Assembly: GCA_043740295.1 (NCBI GenBank)
Contig: JAYUCO010000025.1
Location: 2,741 to 66,740, forward strand
Length of the DNA stretch: 64,000 nt
Direction: 5' to 3'
Source: Pyrinomonadaceae bacterium
GTDB taxonomy: Bacteria > Acidobacteriota > Blastocatellia > Pyrinomonadales > Pyrinomonadaceae
Position 1 is the stretch's first letter. Every line of letters starts with the position of its first letter. A program made the position numbers and the translations under genes. The notes under the pieces were generated by a model that saw nothing but the letters and a program-made list of their open reading frames with translations, had not been told where the DNA came from and ran no database searches. This document shows positions 26,846 to 37,765 of the stretch, one piece after another.

Positions 26846-29677
26846 TTATGGTTTTGTATGAAAATCGCAAAGATCGCGCGGTTCATCCCCATCGCGAAAC
26901 GCCTTCGCTTCAGGTCTGGGGCAATACCGTGTCGCCCGCAGTCCGGTGACCGGACAGATCATTATCGAAGTGAATCCCGGAGCGACTCCAGAAGGAACTT
27001 GGCTGCGCTGGCCACGATTCGTCTGGCTGTCCTGCCAGGTCCCGGTGATCGGCGTTGGGGTCGGCGATGGCGTTAGCGGTGGATCATCTGGCGTTTCGCC
27101 GTCGTCAAGAGGTAAGTCATCAGCCTGGATAAGTGTTTTATTTGGAATAGTTCCGCCTATAAATAGCTCGGTCCGGCGGAATTCTTCCGGCACATTGGTG
27201 ACAAAGGTTTCTTTGACCTCCGGCGGAGGCGGCGTTTCCCATGCGGCTGCATCGTAATCGTCAGGGGTCTTCCGCGGCGTTGGGGTGGCAGTTGGCGAAG
27301 GCTCCGTCACAACCGCCTCATTCGCATCCAGCTCGCGGATCAGCGAACCGTCCCGGATGTCGATCTCGGCCTTGCGGACATTGGCCGGCATTTGCCAGTC
27401 ACCGTTCCACTCAGGGTGTACCTTGAGAGCGGCCTGCATAAAATCCGCCCATACCGGCATTGCCGAATCGGCTCCCTTCATCCCCAGGTCGTCACCATTA
27501 TCAAATCCCACATAGACCACGCACACCAGATCAGGCGTGAACCCTGCAAACCAGCCATCACGCGAGGTCCCGGTTTTACCGGCAAAGGCTGTCTTGCCCG
27601 CGACGTTCTTAAAACCCCAGCCCTGTACCTGTGCGGCGGTGCCCCGGTTTATAACGTCCTTCATTATGTCATCCATGATATAGGCGACATCGGGCCGCAG
27701 GACACTCTTCCGGTCAGGCTGCGGTGCGGCGATCGTCCGGCCGTCACCTGCCGTCACTTTGGTTATCGGCATCGGCAATACACGGTCACCAAGGTTGGCG
27801 AACATCGTGTACGCGGTCGCGACCTGCAGTGGCGTGGCTTCCGACGTTCCAAGCGCCATCGAAGGATACGCTTTTTCCACCTGCGGCATGCCGGCCTTGT
27901 GCGCAAAATTCATCACCTTCCCGATGTTGACCTGCATCCCCAGATCTACGGTGATGACGTTCTTGCTCTTCACCAGCGCATCTCGAAGGGTTATCTCTTT
28001 ATTTGAAAATGTATCGCCGTAATTATTTGGCGAATAAGAGTCCCTTCCGAAAGTGAATAGTTTTTTCTCATCCTTTATCACAGTTGCCGCCGTAAACACA
28101 CGCGAAGATGTGTCGTACGCTGAGTTTAACGCTGTCGCGTAAACGAATGGCTTAAAGACCGAACCTGGCTGACGCTGTGCATCGGTCGCACGGTTGAATT
28201 GATTTTCGTAATAATCGCGTCCGCCGACCATCGCCACTATTTCACCCGTTTTTGGGCGGACAGCAACAAGCGCGGCATTCAAATTACCTTTCGGCCTCTT
28301 CGGAAAAAATTTATCTAGTTTGTCGAGCCGTTTGCTCAAAGTTTCATATGCGAGCCGCTGGAGGTCCGGATCAATCGATGTATAAACCCGTAAATGTTGC
28401 AATGCTTCGGGATCGCTGACTAATTTAGGCAATTCCTCGATCGCGTATTGTGAAAAATAAGGCATTCCCTGCAGGTCTTTTTTATTTGTGATCGGGTTCA
28501 ATTCCAATTTCGCGGCATGGGCTGCGGAAAACTGCTGCTGAGATATTTCACCGGTCTCCAGCATCGAATCCAGCACCTGATTGCGGCGTTCAGTCACCTT
28601 CTCAAGATTTTTATAGGGATTGTATCTGTTCGGACTGCGGATAATTCCGGCGATAAATGCCGCTTCCGGCAAGGTCAATTGCGAAACATCCTTGCCAAAA
28701 TAAACGTTGGCGGCTTCGCCCACTCCATATATCGAGACGCCGGACTGTTGCCCCAGATATATTTGATTTGCATAGAGCGTGAATATCTCCTGCTTCGTCA
28801 GCCTCGTTTCGAGGATCATAGACATATAGGCTTCCGTCACTTTTCTTTCCAGAGTCGGGGCATTTGTCAGGAGAAGATTTTTGACCAGCTGTTGGGTGAT
28901 GGAGGAACCGCCCTGATTAGACAGCGGCGTATCCTCATCGGCCTCATATCGCTTCCACAAGGCCCTGGCAATACCGCGAAAATTAACTCCGTAATGCTCA
29001 AAAAAGGCCCGGTCTTCAGTTACTGTGATGGCTTTTACAAGTTGCTGCGGCAGGTCATTGAACATCACGGTCTTTCGCCTGCCGTCGCCTTCGGCCGCTA
29101 TCGTGCTTAACTGCTTCGGTTCAAGCCGTGCGTCACCAGCTTCGGAACCAATGTCCGTATCCAGGATCCTCGATATGGTCTTGCCGTCTTTGGCAAAACT
29201 TACAGTCAATGCATGGAAAGCCTTTGTTCCGTCTAATATGCTCGTTATTCCCGGTTCAATGGTCAGTCGGCCATCCTCCACCGAATAGCGGCTGCGTGAT
29301 ACATCTGCCCGGTTGTTTTTCTCGATATACGACGCCGCCTTTAAATACGCGATCAGGTCCGTCATCGAAATATTCTCGCCCGTGCGAAGCGTTTTAGGTG
29401 CTGAATAAATGCCCGCCGATGGAGTGAACACTTCTCCGCTCAATAAACGCCGGTCGATCCGGTCGGAAAACTCAAACCAATAATAAGTAAGCGTGAGGAA
29501 CGTTCCGATCAAAAGCAGACAGGAAAGCGTGATCGTCCATGGATTGACGAACAGCCGCAATATCCGCCGAAATCGCGTTGGCGGCGGAGCTTTATACACA
29601 GCGGCGCGATGGGATTTTATCCAGCCTTTTGGCGGAAGCTTACTTCTCTTACTTTTTACTTCGATGTGCTCCGGCAT
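26846..29677 (-). CDS. mrcA: class A penicillin-binding protein (PBP1A type) with a Pro/Thr-rich C-terminal extension
   Basis: It has an N-terminal TM helix and GT51 motifs (EDRAFFEHYGVNFRGI, GGSSITQQL). The transpeptidase motifs are GSVFKP (SxxK), SKN and KTGT. Confidence 0.9.
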   Translation of the reverse strand: MPEHIEVKSKRSKLPPKGWIKSHRAAVYKAPPPTRFRRILRLFVNPWTITLSCLLLIGTFLTLTYYWFEFSDRIDRRLLSGEVFTPSAGIYSAPKTLRTGENISMTDLIAYLKAASYIEKNNRADVSRSRYSVEDGRLTIEPGITSILDGTKAFHALTVSFAKDGKTISRILDTDIGSEAGDARLEPKQLSTIAAEGDGRRKTVMFNDLPQQLVKAITVTEDRAFFEHYGVNFRGIARALWKRYEADEDTPLSNQGGSSITQQLVKNLLLTNAPTLERKVTEAYMSMILETRLTKQEIFTLYANQIYLGQQSGVSIYGVGEAANVYFGKDVSQLTLPEAAFIAGIIRSPNRYNPYKNLEKVTERRNQVLDSMLETGEISQQQFSAAHAAKLELNPITNKKDLQGMPYFSQYAIEELPKLVSDPEALQHLRVYTSIDPDLQRLAYETLSKRLDKLDKFFPKRPKGNLNAALVAVRPKTGEIVAMVGGRDYYENQFNRATDAQRQPGSVFKPFVYATALNSAYDTSSRVFTAATVIKDEKKLFTFGRDSYSPNNYGDTFSNKEITLRDALVKSKNVITVDLGMQVNIGKVMNFAHKAGMPQVEKAYPSMALGTSEATPLQVATAYTMFANLGDRVLPMPITKVTAGDGRTIAAPQPDRKSVLRPDVAYIMDDIMKDVINRGTAAQVQGWGFKNVAGKTAFAGKTGTSRDGWFAGFTPDLVCVVYVGFDNGDDLGMKGADSAMPVWADFMQAALKVHPEWNGDWQMPANVRKAEIDIRDGSLIRELDANEAVVTEPSPTATPTPRKTPDDYDAAAWETPPPPEVKETFVTNVPEEFRRTELFIGGTIPNKTLIQADDLPLDDGETPDDPPLTPSPTPTPITGTWQDSQTNRGQRSQVPSGVAPGFTSIMICPVTGLRATRYCPRPEAKAFRDGDEPRDLCDFHTKP

Positions 29678-29779
29678 TTTGCAGTTAAATATTTAAGGAT
29701 TAGTGCGGTTTTTGTTTTTAGCGGTTGCCCTGTAAAATTCTATAAGGTTATAGGTCTTGATGTCTATCAATTTATACAA

Positions 29780-30625
29780 ATGAAGATAATTGTTACTGGT
29801 GGAAGTGGTTATTTGGGCACTCATATTCGCAAATTTTTCGATGCGGACGATTTTTCACGTCGTTCCGGTCTAGATGTTCTTAGGATACAGGATACTCAAA
29901 GAATTGAAGAATATGATGTTGTGATCCATCTCGCGGCCCATCTCGACAAATCCCCGAATGCTGCCGAACAGGTATTTTTGACCAATGTTGAAGGCACCGT
30001 GAATATCCTTAGACAAATGAAGAAGGATTCTGTGTTTATTTTTGCATCGACGAAAGATGTTTACGGACGTTTTGCGGATAACTGTGATCAGGTCGCGGAA
30101 ACTTGCCAAACCCTTTATTCCGGCCAGACCGCCCTCGAATGGTCAAAACTTATTGCCGAGCGATACGTTGAGTATTACGCGAATAAAAAAAATTTCCGGT
30201 CATGTATTTTCAGGCTTTCGACGATTTACGCACCTTTAAGCGACGGCAATTCGCCAAATTTTGTCGGGTACTATGCGGATGCTATAAATAAAGGCGAGCA
30301 GTTAAGAGTTTCGGCCAATCGCACACTGAGACGCGACCTTTTACACGTTGACGACGTCGCATCTGCCTGTAAGGCTTTTATAGATTCAGTCATTCGGCAT
30401 GGATTATACAATCTCGGCGGCGGCATTGAAAATACGATAACCGTTGGAGATCTGGTCACAAAACTTGAGGAAGTCTCAGGTTTGCAGGCAGTGATCGATC
30501 GCGAATCAATGCTGCCGAATCCAGTGCCTCTAAATTATATTTCGGACTTAAGTTTGATAAAACAGGAACTTGACTGGAAACCCGTCATTGGCTTGGACGA
30601 AGGCTTAAAAACATTATTTCAATAG
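29780..30625 (+). CDS. NAD-dependent epimerase/dehydratase
   Basis: MKIIVTGGSGYLGTHI provides the Rossmann GxxGxxG motif. I prefer the ATG at 29780 because the upstream part of the ORF overlaps the PBP gene. Confidence 0.75.
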   Translation: MKIIVTGGSGYLGTHIRKFFDADDFSRRSGLDVLRIQDTQRIEEYDVVIHLAAHLDKSPNAAEQVFLTNVEGTVNILRQMKKDSVFIFASTKDVYGRFADNCDQVAETCQTLYSGQTALEWSKLIAERYVEYYANKKNFRSCIFRLSTIYAPLSDGNSPNFVGYYADAINKGEQLRVSANRTLRRDLLHVDDVASACKAFIDSVIRHGLYNLGGGIENTITVGDLVTKLEEVSGLQAVIDRESMLPNPVPLNYISDLSLIKQELDWKPVIGLDEGLKTLFQ

Positions 30626-30682
30626 GAAAAACTTAGAATTAACACCTGTGTTTGCAAGCTCAGTGCTTGTGTTCAAGTCTCT

Positions 30683-31729
30683 ATGAAGATAGCGGTGTTC
30701 GGCACAAATTGGGTTGGCGATGCAGTAATGAGTATTCCGGCGCTTCGAGAACTGCGGCGAATTTTCCCCGATGCATCGATCTCACTACTCACGCGATCAT
30801 GGGCGGAAGGTATCTTTACCAACGCCTCTTTTATCAATGATATAGTCGCTTTCGAAAAGCCAAGATCACGAATCAAAGATTTTTTTGATCTGTCCGCATT
30901 CCTCCGTGAACAACGTTTTGATATGGCTGTCATATTGCCGAATTCCTTTGGTTCGGCACTGACAGCACTGTTATCCAGTATTCCCCGTAGGATCGGATAC
31001 AATAAAGACCTTAGAGGATTGCTTTTGACTGATCCGGTTGCCGTTCCAGAGTGGAAAAATCGGCGTCACGAAGTTTTTTACTATTTGAATTTAATTGCCG
31101 AAGTTGAAAAACGAATTCTCGGAACTGAGACCGTTTTACAAAGCGGCCCTGATATCACGCTCGAGGTATCGTCAGCCCGCAAAGGCGGGGCCAGGCAAAT
31201 TTTAGCTACTGCCGGAGTGGACAATTCTAAAAGCGTTGTGGCCCTCGGTGTTGGATCGACCAACTCCCGCGCAAAACGATGGCCGGCCGAACTTTATGCA
31301 GATCTTAACGATAGGCTGCAAAACGAATTGAACGCCAACGTGATCTTGGTCGGCTCAATGGATGAGATCGACATATCCAACAAAGTATCGGAGCTTTCAA
31401 ACAAAAAGCCCATTATCATTACCGGAACTACGGACCTCGAAAGTGCGGCCGCGATTTTGAGTGAGGTTGACCTCATTATCTCAAACGATATGGGGCTCGC
31501 ACATCTTGCCCCCGCCGTTGGCACAAAAACAATCGTCATCTTTGGCCCGACGAACCCGGAAACAACCCGTCCTTTTTCGGATCATACGGCCATTATTCGC
31601 GAAAATGTCGAATGCTCGCCTTGCATGCTTCGGGATTGTCCGATAGACCATCGCTGCATGACCCGAATATCTGTAAATACCGTTTTTGAAATGGCCGCGA
31701 AAATGTTAACTATTGATTCGGGACAATGA
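30683..31729 (+). CDS. rfaF: ADP-heptose:LPS heptosyltransferase (GT9, RfaF/WaaF-like)
   Basis: The N-terminus (MKIAVFGTNWVGDAVMSIPALREL) and the C-terminal ISNDMGLAHLAPAVG motif are typical of the family. Confidence 0.8.
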   Translation: MKIAVFGTNWVGDAVMSIPALRELRRIFPDASISLLTRSWAEGIFTNASFINDIVAFEKPRSRIKDFFDLSAFLREQRFDMAVILPNSFGSALTALLSSIPRRIGYNKDLRGLLLTDPVAVPEWKNRRHEVFYYLNLIAEVEKRILGTETVLQSGPDITLEVSSARKGGARQILATAGVDNSKSVVALGVGSTNSRAKRWPAELYADLNDRLQNELNANVILVGSMDEIDISNKVSELSNKKPIIITGTTDLESAAAILSEVDLIISNDMGLAHLAPAVGTKTIVIFGPTNPETTRPFSDHTAIIRENVECSPCMLRDCPIDHRCMTRISVNTVFEMAAKMLTIDSGQ

Positions 31730-32268
31730 CAGAAAACGCAAAAATAAAACCAGCCGTATTCATGGACCGTGACGGCACATTGATCGAGGAAGTAAACTTT
31801 CTTTCGAACATTCGCGATTTGAAGTTGTTCGACTACACTGCCGAAGCAATTGACCTCCTAAAAAAGCACGGCTATTTGGTCATAGTGGTCACCAACCAAT
31901 CCGGTATCGGGCGCGAGATCTACGATGTAACGGCAATGCAGGCCATACACGATGAAATTCAACGCCAGCTTTCTGACTCAATAGACGCTTTTTATTATTG
32001 TCCCCATCTGCCCGATGAAGGATGTCTGTGCAGAAAACCGAATTTAGGAATGATAGAAGCTGCCAATGCCGATTTCATGTTGGATATGAATAGGTCCTGG
32101 ATCATCGGTGATAAGAAAATAGATGTCGAAACGGGTTTTAACGCCGGGATCAAAACAGCCCTTGTAAAGACAGGCTACGGCCGTGAACATATGGACGAAT
32201 TGGTGCGGCAGCCTGACATTATCGAGGAAAATCTGCTTGACGCTGTAAACCGGCTATTACTGACTTAA
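31726..32268 (+). CDS. gmhB: D-glycero-D-manno-heptose 1,7-bisphosphate phosphatase (HAD family)
   Basis: The motifs FMDRDGTL (DxD), VTNQSG and CPHLPDEGCLCRKP (zinc site) are present. The start overlaps rfaF by 4 bp. Confidence 0.85.
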   Translation: MTENAKIKPAVFMDRDGTLIEEVNFLSNIRDLKLFDYTAEAIDLLKKHGYLVIVVTNQSGIGREIYDVTAMQAIHDEIQRQLSDSIDAFYYCPHLPDEGCLCRKPNLGMIEAANADFMLDMNRSWIIGDKKIDVETGFNAGIKTALVKTGYGREHMDELVRQPDIIEENLLDAVNRLLLT

Positions 32269-33771
32269 ATCATCGGCGGAACTGTCCTCAATCGGAAGCC
32301 TGACCATGAAAGTTGCTCCTTTGCCTTCACCTTCGCTTACGGCACTGACAGAACCGCCGTGCATTTCCACCAAATTTCTGACGATAGCCAGGCCAAGTCC
32401 AAGACCGCCATTCTTACCAGAAACCGATGTGTCCTGTCGAAAGCGTTCAAAAACAAGCGGTAAAAATTCACGGCTAATACCCATTCCTGCGTCGCTTACA
32501 GTTATCTCGGCAAAGCCGTTTTTGGTGTCTATTCCAACATTTATAAGGGCTTGTTCCGAGCTGAATTTGATCGCATTGTTCAGTAAATTTGAAAAAACCT
32601 GTCGAAGCCGGTCTTTGTCACCTCTTATTATCAGGCCGTTCATTTGATCACTGATCTTTAGGTTTATAGATATATTTTTATTATCAGCTGATGGCTTGGA
32701 GCTCTCAACCGAGTGAGTGACAATTTCCGCAATATGGAGCTTCACAATTTCCAGCTCTGATTTCCCGGAGATAATGCGTGCAACGTCCAACAGATCCTCG
32801 ATCAGGCGATTTTGTGTTTCCGAATTTTTGATGATCGTTGTTACGGCTTTAGTGGCCTGGTCGTCATCCAGCGTGCCGCCTTTCATCAACCGAGCCCATC
32901 CGAGTATCGAATTCAAAGGCGTCCGCAATTCGTGGGACACGGTCGCCATAAATTCATCACGCAACCGGTTTGCGATCTCGGCTTCCTGTCGTGCTTTTTG
33001 CTCTTTTATAAATAAAGATTCACGTTCAATGGCGATCTCGTTCAGAGTTTCATTCGCTTTTTTAAGCTCCACTGTCCGTTTTTCTATCTTCTGCTCTAGT
33101 CCGTAATTCGCTTCCGTCAAAGCACTTTCGGCAAAACGCCGTTTACGGTTTTCGATCAGCACGACTAAATTTGCCAACCCCAAAAAAACGATCCCCGCGA
33201 TACTGCTAACGATCAAGATCCAGATCGTTCGATTAAGGCCTTTGTCCAAGCCCTGCTCACGTTGCTGCAGCATTAGTATTTCCTGCCCTTTCAGACGATC
33301 AATCGAAGCCCTGATACCGTCTAATGGAACATCGCCTTTTTGTTTCGGTAATTCCTGCACAGCGCTCGCAAAGCCTTCACTTTTACGCAAATCGATCATC
33401 CTTTCCGCTTCGCTCTCAATTTTCCCGATCCACAACTCAACCCGGTCGAGCTCGCTGATCTGCCCGGGGTTATTTGCCATGGCTTGTCGAAGACGCGCTA
33501 TATTCTGCGTGATTTTTTGTTTTGCACGGTTATAAGGGGCCAGATAGGTCTCATTCCCAAGGATCACAAAATTACTTGTACTGCTTTCAATATCGAACGA
33601 GAGTGTGAGCGTTTCATCCAGTTTCGAGAGCACTTCCTGCGAACTTTTTTCCCACTTGATCGCCTCCTGGATCGACACCGTATTTTGATAGAAAAGAAAA
33701 CCGATCGTTGTCAGCATTAAGAAGACAAAAAACAGGATTATTGGTAGTTTTCGCTCAAAATTCAAAAGCAT
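32257..33771 (-). CDS. sensor histidine kinase with a CHASE3-like periplasmic domain
   Basis: The architecture is TM, a CHASE3-like region, then a second TM. The HisKA motif is SHELRTPLNS and the HATPase G-boxes are DAGMGI and GGLGLGLA. Confidence 0.85.
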   Translation of the reverse strand: MLLNFERKLPIILFFVFLMLTTIGFLFYQNTVSIQEAIKWEKSSQEVLSKLDETLTLSFDIESSTSNFVILGNETYLAPYNRAKQKITQNIARLRQAMANNPGQISELDRVELWIGKIESEAERMIDLRKSEGFASAVQELPKQKGDVPLDGIRASIDRLKGQEILMLQQREQGLDKGLNRTIWILIVSSIAGIVFLGLANLVVLIENRKRRFAESALTEANYGLEQKIEKRTVELKKANETLNEIAIERESLFIKEQKARQEAEIANRLRDEFMATVSHELRTPLNSILGWARLMKGGTLDDDQATKAVTTIIKNSETQNRLIEDLLDVARIISGKSELEIVKLHIAEIVTHSVESSKPSADNKNISINLKISDQMNGLIIRGDKDRLRQVFSNLLNNAIKFSSEQALINVGIDTKNGFAEITVSDAGMGISREFLPLVFERFRQDTSVSGKNGGLGLGLAIVRNLVEMHGGSVSAVSEGEGKGATFMVRLPIEDSSADDLSQ

Positions 33772-33806
33772 TTGTGTAAGCCGGAGTTGCGAGAGAAAGA
33801 CAAATT

Positions 33807-34184
33807 CTAGGTCCGTCCGCGTCCGAAATCATCTTGCAATCTTTCTATATCATCCTCGCCAAAATAATCACCCGTCTGTGTTTCAATAAATACAAGCAAT
33901 TCCGTTCCTGAATTCTCGACCCGGTGTGCATCTCCTTTCAATATGTCAACGGTTTCACCTGTTTTAACTAGAATCTCAACTCCGTTTAATGTTACTTTAG
34001 CAATACCGCCTACTATGAACCAATGTTCCGAACGGCGTGTGTGTACTTGATAGCTAAGGCGTTTTCCAGGCAGAACTTCGATCCGTTTCACCTTAAAATT
34101 TTCACCTTTGTCCAACACCTTGAAACTGCCCCACGGACGTTCTTCAAATGCCGGTTCAATGTTTAGTGTATCAAGCGATTCCAT
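33807..34184 (-). CDS. cupin-domain protein (mannose-6-phosphate isomerase type II C-terminal-like)
   Basis: ERPWGSFKVL...KRIEVLPGKRLSYQVHTRRSEHWFIV is characteristic of the family. The start is uncertain, with alternatives up to 34283. Confidence 0.65.
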   Translation of the reverse strand: MESLDTLNIEPAFEERPWGSFKVLDKGENFKVKRIEVLPGKRLSYQVHTRRSEHWFIVGGIAKVTLNGVEILVKTGETVDILKGDAHRVENSGTELLVFIETQTGDYFGEDDIERLQDDFGRGRT

Positions 34185-34200
34185 ATCTTTTTGACCGAAC

Positions 34201-35961
34201 ATGCATAGTTTAGACGAAAAAGAACTTTCAGCCAATTTCAGCCAAATGCGAAGAGTGCAAAACCTCATAATTGGCCGTCTCATCGTAATTTGTCTAATTT
34301 TTGCAACTACATGGATATGGTACAGCAGCCGTTTGGACCTTTCATTCGAAAGCCTTCTGCAAGGGCCTTTTCTGATCTTCAGTATTTCGATCGGCCTGAC
34401 GATAGTTTATTTTTTGTTTGCGCGCCTGAGCAAGCGTGTGGAATGGCAGATATGGCTGCAATTTGTCTTGGACGCCTTTTTAATAACGTCTCTCGTTTGG
34501 TTAACCGGTGATCTAACATCTCCTTACATCACATTATATATAGTTTTAATTAGCGTCTCGAGTCTTTACTTAAAACCGCTGTCAACGCTTTTTATGGCGT
34601 TTGTCTGCGTTTTAATGTTTACGGCTCTGGCTGTTATGACCTCGCTTTCCTATATTGAGCCGACGGGAAGCGTCCAAATAACTTCTAAGGTGATCCAGAT
34701 CGTCAGCTTTCATACTGTGGCGTTTCTAGTTGTCGGACTTTTGGCCGCCAGGCTTTCGGACCGGCGTTTTTCCGGCGAGGAGCTTGCTGAGGCAACAAAA
34801 AGCCTGGCAAGCCTCCGCGCTCTTCATGAACGGATCATCGAATCCATCCGTTCAGGGCTTATAACCACCGACCTCGCCGGAAATATTTACACATTTAATG
34901 CGGCGGCCACCGAAATTACGGGTCTCAGATCAGATGAAATGCGTGGCAAACAGCTATTTTCATTGTTCGGCAACATTCAGCAGCAGATCGATCTGACATT
35001 TTCAGCGGTCGCAAAGGGCGAACCATTGCCCAGATTCGAAGCCGATCTCAGTAGTCCGGACGGATTCGCGTTGCGTATTGGTTACAGTATTTCGCAGTTA
35101 TTTTCGGAAGAAAACAAAGCAACTGGCCTTATTATTACCTTTCAGGACCTGACGGAGATCCGTTCAATGGAGGAAAATGCCAGACGTAAGGACCGGCTAG
35201 CCGCCGTCGGCCGTGTTGGGGCCGGGCTTGCCCATGAGATCCGCAATCCGCTTGGGGCAATGCGCGGGGCGATCCAGGTCTTGCAGTCCAGCACGCCGCC
35301 AGAATCTATGCAGGCAAGCCTGATGGACATAATCCTTCGCGAATCCGACCGGCTAAACGCGATCATCACTAATTTCCTTAGCTACGCAAAGCCAAAGGTC
35401 GGGAATTATTCCGAAATAGATGTTGGCGAAGCAATTCGTGACACGCTCACGCTTCTGCGGCACAGCCCTGATGTCCGGACAGATCATAAACTCGTTGAGA
35501 TATTGCCCTCATATCCGATACTGATCTCCGCCGATATCACACAACTGAAACAGATATTTTGGAATCTGGCCCGTAATGCAATCCAGGCGATGAATGATGG
35601 CGGAACATTGTCGATAGAGCTGGAATCGATGCCTAGCGACCGTATCAAGATCGTATTCACGGATACGGGACAAGGAATGTCGCAGGAGGCAGTGGAGCGA
35701 TTGTTCGAGCCTTTTGCGAATTCAACGTCAGGCGGCACCGGACTTGGCCTTTCGATCGTCTATCAGATAATCCGGGATCATAACGGAACTATAAATGTCC
35801 GCAGCATCGAAGGCTCCGGCACCGTTATCACCGTGGAACTCCCGTGCAATCAACGAAACATTGCGAGAACCATAGTTCCCGATGTCGTCCGGGACATTGA
35901 AGCTGCACCGCTGACAAATTATTTGACGGTCAAAAATGACGAATCAGATGTTTCTTCTTGA
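34201..35961 (+). CDS. pilS: membrane sensor histidine kinase (PilS-like)
   Basis: A polytopic N-terminus is followed by a PAS-like region. The HisKA motif is AHEIRNPL and the HATPase motifs are DTGQGM and GTGLGLSIV. It lies directly upstream of a sigma-54 activator and a pilin gene. The start is uncertain. Confidence 0.7.
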   Translation: MHSLDEKELSANFSQMRRVQNLIIGRLIVICLIFATTWIWYSSRLDLSFESLLQGPFLIFSISIGLTIVYFLFARLSKRVEWQIWLQFVLDAFLITSLVWLTGDLTSPYITLYIVLISVSSLYLKPLSTLFMAFVCVLMFTALAVMTSLSYIEPTGSVQITSKVIQIVSFHTVAFLVVGLLAARLSDRRFSGEELAEATKSLASLRALHERIIESIRSGLITTDLAGNIYTFNAAATEITGLRSDEMRGKQLFSLFGNIQQQIDLTFSAVAKGEPLPRFEADLSSPDGFALRIGYSISQLFSEENKATGLIITFQDLTEIRSMEENARRKDRLAAVGRVGAGLAHEIRNPLGAMRGAIQVLQSSTPPESMQASLMDIILRESDRLNAIITNFLSYAKPKVGNYSEIDVGEAIRDTLTLLRHSPDVRTDHKLVEILPSYPILISADITQLKQIFWNLARNAIQAMNDGGTLSIELESMPSDRIKIVFTDTGQGMSQEAVERLFEPFANSTSGGTGLGLSIVYQIIRDHNGTINVRSIEGSGTVITVELPCNQRNIARTIVPDVVRDIEAAPLTNYLTVKNDESDVSS

Positions 35962-36094
35962 ATTAAATAGCTCCTTTCTGTGACAATAAGTTAGCGGATC
36001 ATCCGCAACACGGATACATGGGCGTATGCCTGACCGTCACGAAGGGCTTTCTTTGCGGTCAGCACCCAAGCCCTTTCAGCAAAGATCATACATA

Positions 36095-37489
36095 ATGTCA
36101 AACATTTTAATTGTTGATGACGAGCAAAGTTACAGACAGCTTCTGAGCCTTGTATTTGATGGCGAAGGGCATAGTATCCGCACGGCTTCAAACGGGCGGG
36201 AGGCACTCGATCTCCTTCAGACCGAACCGGCGGATGTTATTATCTCCGATGTAAAAATGCCCGATATGGACGGCATTGAAATGCTTCGTGCAGTGCGTGA
36301 AAAACTTCCCGATCTCGGGGTGATCCTAATGACCGCATTTGCCTCGGTTGAAACAGCCCGCGAAGCTTTCAAACTCGGCGCCGACGATTTCATCCAAAAA
36401 CCATTCGATGTCGAGGAGCTGAAATTAATTGTCAGAAAAACGCTGGACCGACAGGTCTTGATAGATGAAAACCGCGCATTCAAACGGGCCCAGCGTGACC
36501 GCGGAAGCATAAAAAATATTGTCGGGAATTCGGGTAAAATGCACGCCATATTCCAGATGATAGAAACGGTCGCCGAGGTGCAATCGACAGTTTTAGTAAC
36601 CGGCGAAAGCGGAACAGGTAAAGAACTCGTTGCCCGCGCCATCCATGATCTAAGCCCGCGTGCCGAAAAACCTTTTATTTCAATAAACTGCGGAGCATTT
36701 ACCGAAACTCTGCTCGAATCCGAACTCTTCGGCTACATAAAAGGATCGTTCACCGGTGCCAATGCCAACCGCAAAGGGCTTTTCGAGGCCGCCCATCGCG
36801 GAACTATATTTCTTGACGAGATCGGCGAAATGTCGCCCGCAATGCAGGTCAAGCTTCTACGGGTCCTACAGGAGAGAAAGGTTCGCCCTGTCGGTGCCCA
36901 CGACGAGCTGCCGATAGACGCCCGCGTTATCGCAGCTACCAATCGCGACCTAAAGCAAATGTCCATTGAAGGATCATTCCGCGAGGACCTTTTTTACCGT
37001 ATTTCGGTCATACCGATACATCTTCCGCCGCTCCGTGACCGCCGCGAGGATATTTCCGAACTTGTCCGTCACTTCATCGTAAAATTTTGTATCCAGTCAG
37101 GCCGTGAGGTCGGCATTTCGCCGAAAGCAATGTATTTGCTGGAAAATTATATGTGGGGCGGCAACGTCCGCGAGCTCGAACACACAATTGAACGTGCCGT
37201 TGCCCTCGAACGCGAAGATCAGATACAGCCCGAACGCCTGCCCGACCATATCACCAATTACAATCCCGAACGCATCAAAGCCGAATTCGAATTGCCTGAT
37301 GACGGTTTAAATCTCACCGCCCACCTCGAGAACCTCGAAAAGACCTATGTCGTCGAAGCGCTTCGGATGACCGCCGGAAACCAAACAAAAGCCGCCGATC
37401 TATTACAAATGCAGGTCCGCTCTCTCCGTCATCTCCTGGATAAACACAGCATTAGAAATTTGTCAGCCCAAATGCGCAGTGGGGAGTGA
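36095..37489 (+). CDS. pilR: sigma-54-dependent response regulator (PilR-like)
   Basis: A REC domain (ILIVDDEQ...[10 protein letters not shown]) is followed by GESGTGKE and GSFTGA (the GAFTGA position) and a C-terminal HTH. I prefer the ATG at 36095. Confidence 0.8.
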   Translation: MSNILIVDDEQSYRQLLSLVFDGEGHSIRTASNGREALDLLQTEPADVIISDVKMPDMDGIEMLRAVREKLPDLGVILMTAFASVETAREAFKLGADDFIQKPFDVEELKLIVRKTLDRQVLIDENRAFKRAQRDRGSIKNIVGNSGKMHAIFQMIETVAEVQSTVLVTGESGTGKELVARAIHDLSPRAEKPFISINCGAFTETLLESELFGYIKGSFTGANANRKGLFEAAHRGTIFLDEIGEMSPAMQVKLLRVLQERKVRPVGAHDELPIDARVIAATNRDLKQMSIEGSFREDLFYRISVIPIHLPPLRDRREDISELVRHFIVKFCIQSGREVGISPKAMYLLENYMWGGNVRELEHTIERAVALEREDQIQPERLPDHITNYNPERIKAEFELPDDGLNLTAHLENLEKTYVVEALRMTAGNQTKAADLLQMQVRSLRHLLDKHSIRNLSAQMRSGE

Positions 37490-37500
37490 AGCAAAGAGTT

Positions 37501-37526
37501 GGTGTAAGCTGCTTGCACCCGTTTTT
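37501..37526 (+). terminator. probable rho-independent terminator after pilR
   Basis: A GGTGTAA-gctgc-TTGCACC stem (one G-U pair) is followed by CGTTTTT. Confidence 0.5.
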
Positions 37527-37533
37527 ATATCAT

Positions 37534-37548
37534 TGACAATTTTTGTCA
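37534..37548. promoter_or_regulatory. palindrome TGACAA-TTT-TTGTCA, a candidate activator (PilR) binding site
   Basis: This is a perfect 6+6 inverted repeat about 135 nt upstream of the -24/-12 element. Pseudomonas PilR sites contain TGTC cores. Palindromes of this size also occur by chance. Confidence 0.25.
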
Positions 37549-37681
37549 GTAGCAAATTACCAAAATCTGTTATTTTTCACGCTCCCGATCATTCAATTAT
37601 CCTAACTTCAAACCTCACCGCTCTCCGCCAACCTGCTATAAACTAAAGACTTACGACCGATGACGCGACTTTTGCCTACTT

Positions 37682-37697
37682 TGGCACACGTCTTGTA
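37682..37697 (+). promoter_or_regulatory. sigma-54 (-24/-12) promoter of pilA
   Basis: TGGCACACGTCTTGTA matches the consensus TGGCACG-N4-TTGCW with correct spacing, apart from GT instead of GC at -12. It lies 69 nt upstream of the pilA ATG, next to a sigma-54 activator gene. Confidence 0.6.
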
Positions 37698-37765
37698 TTA
37701 ACTATCGTGACCTGGGAAAGGTAGAAAAATTTCTTTACTAATACTTTAGGAGCTTGTAAATTAGA

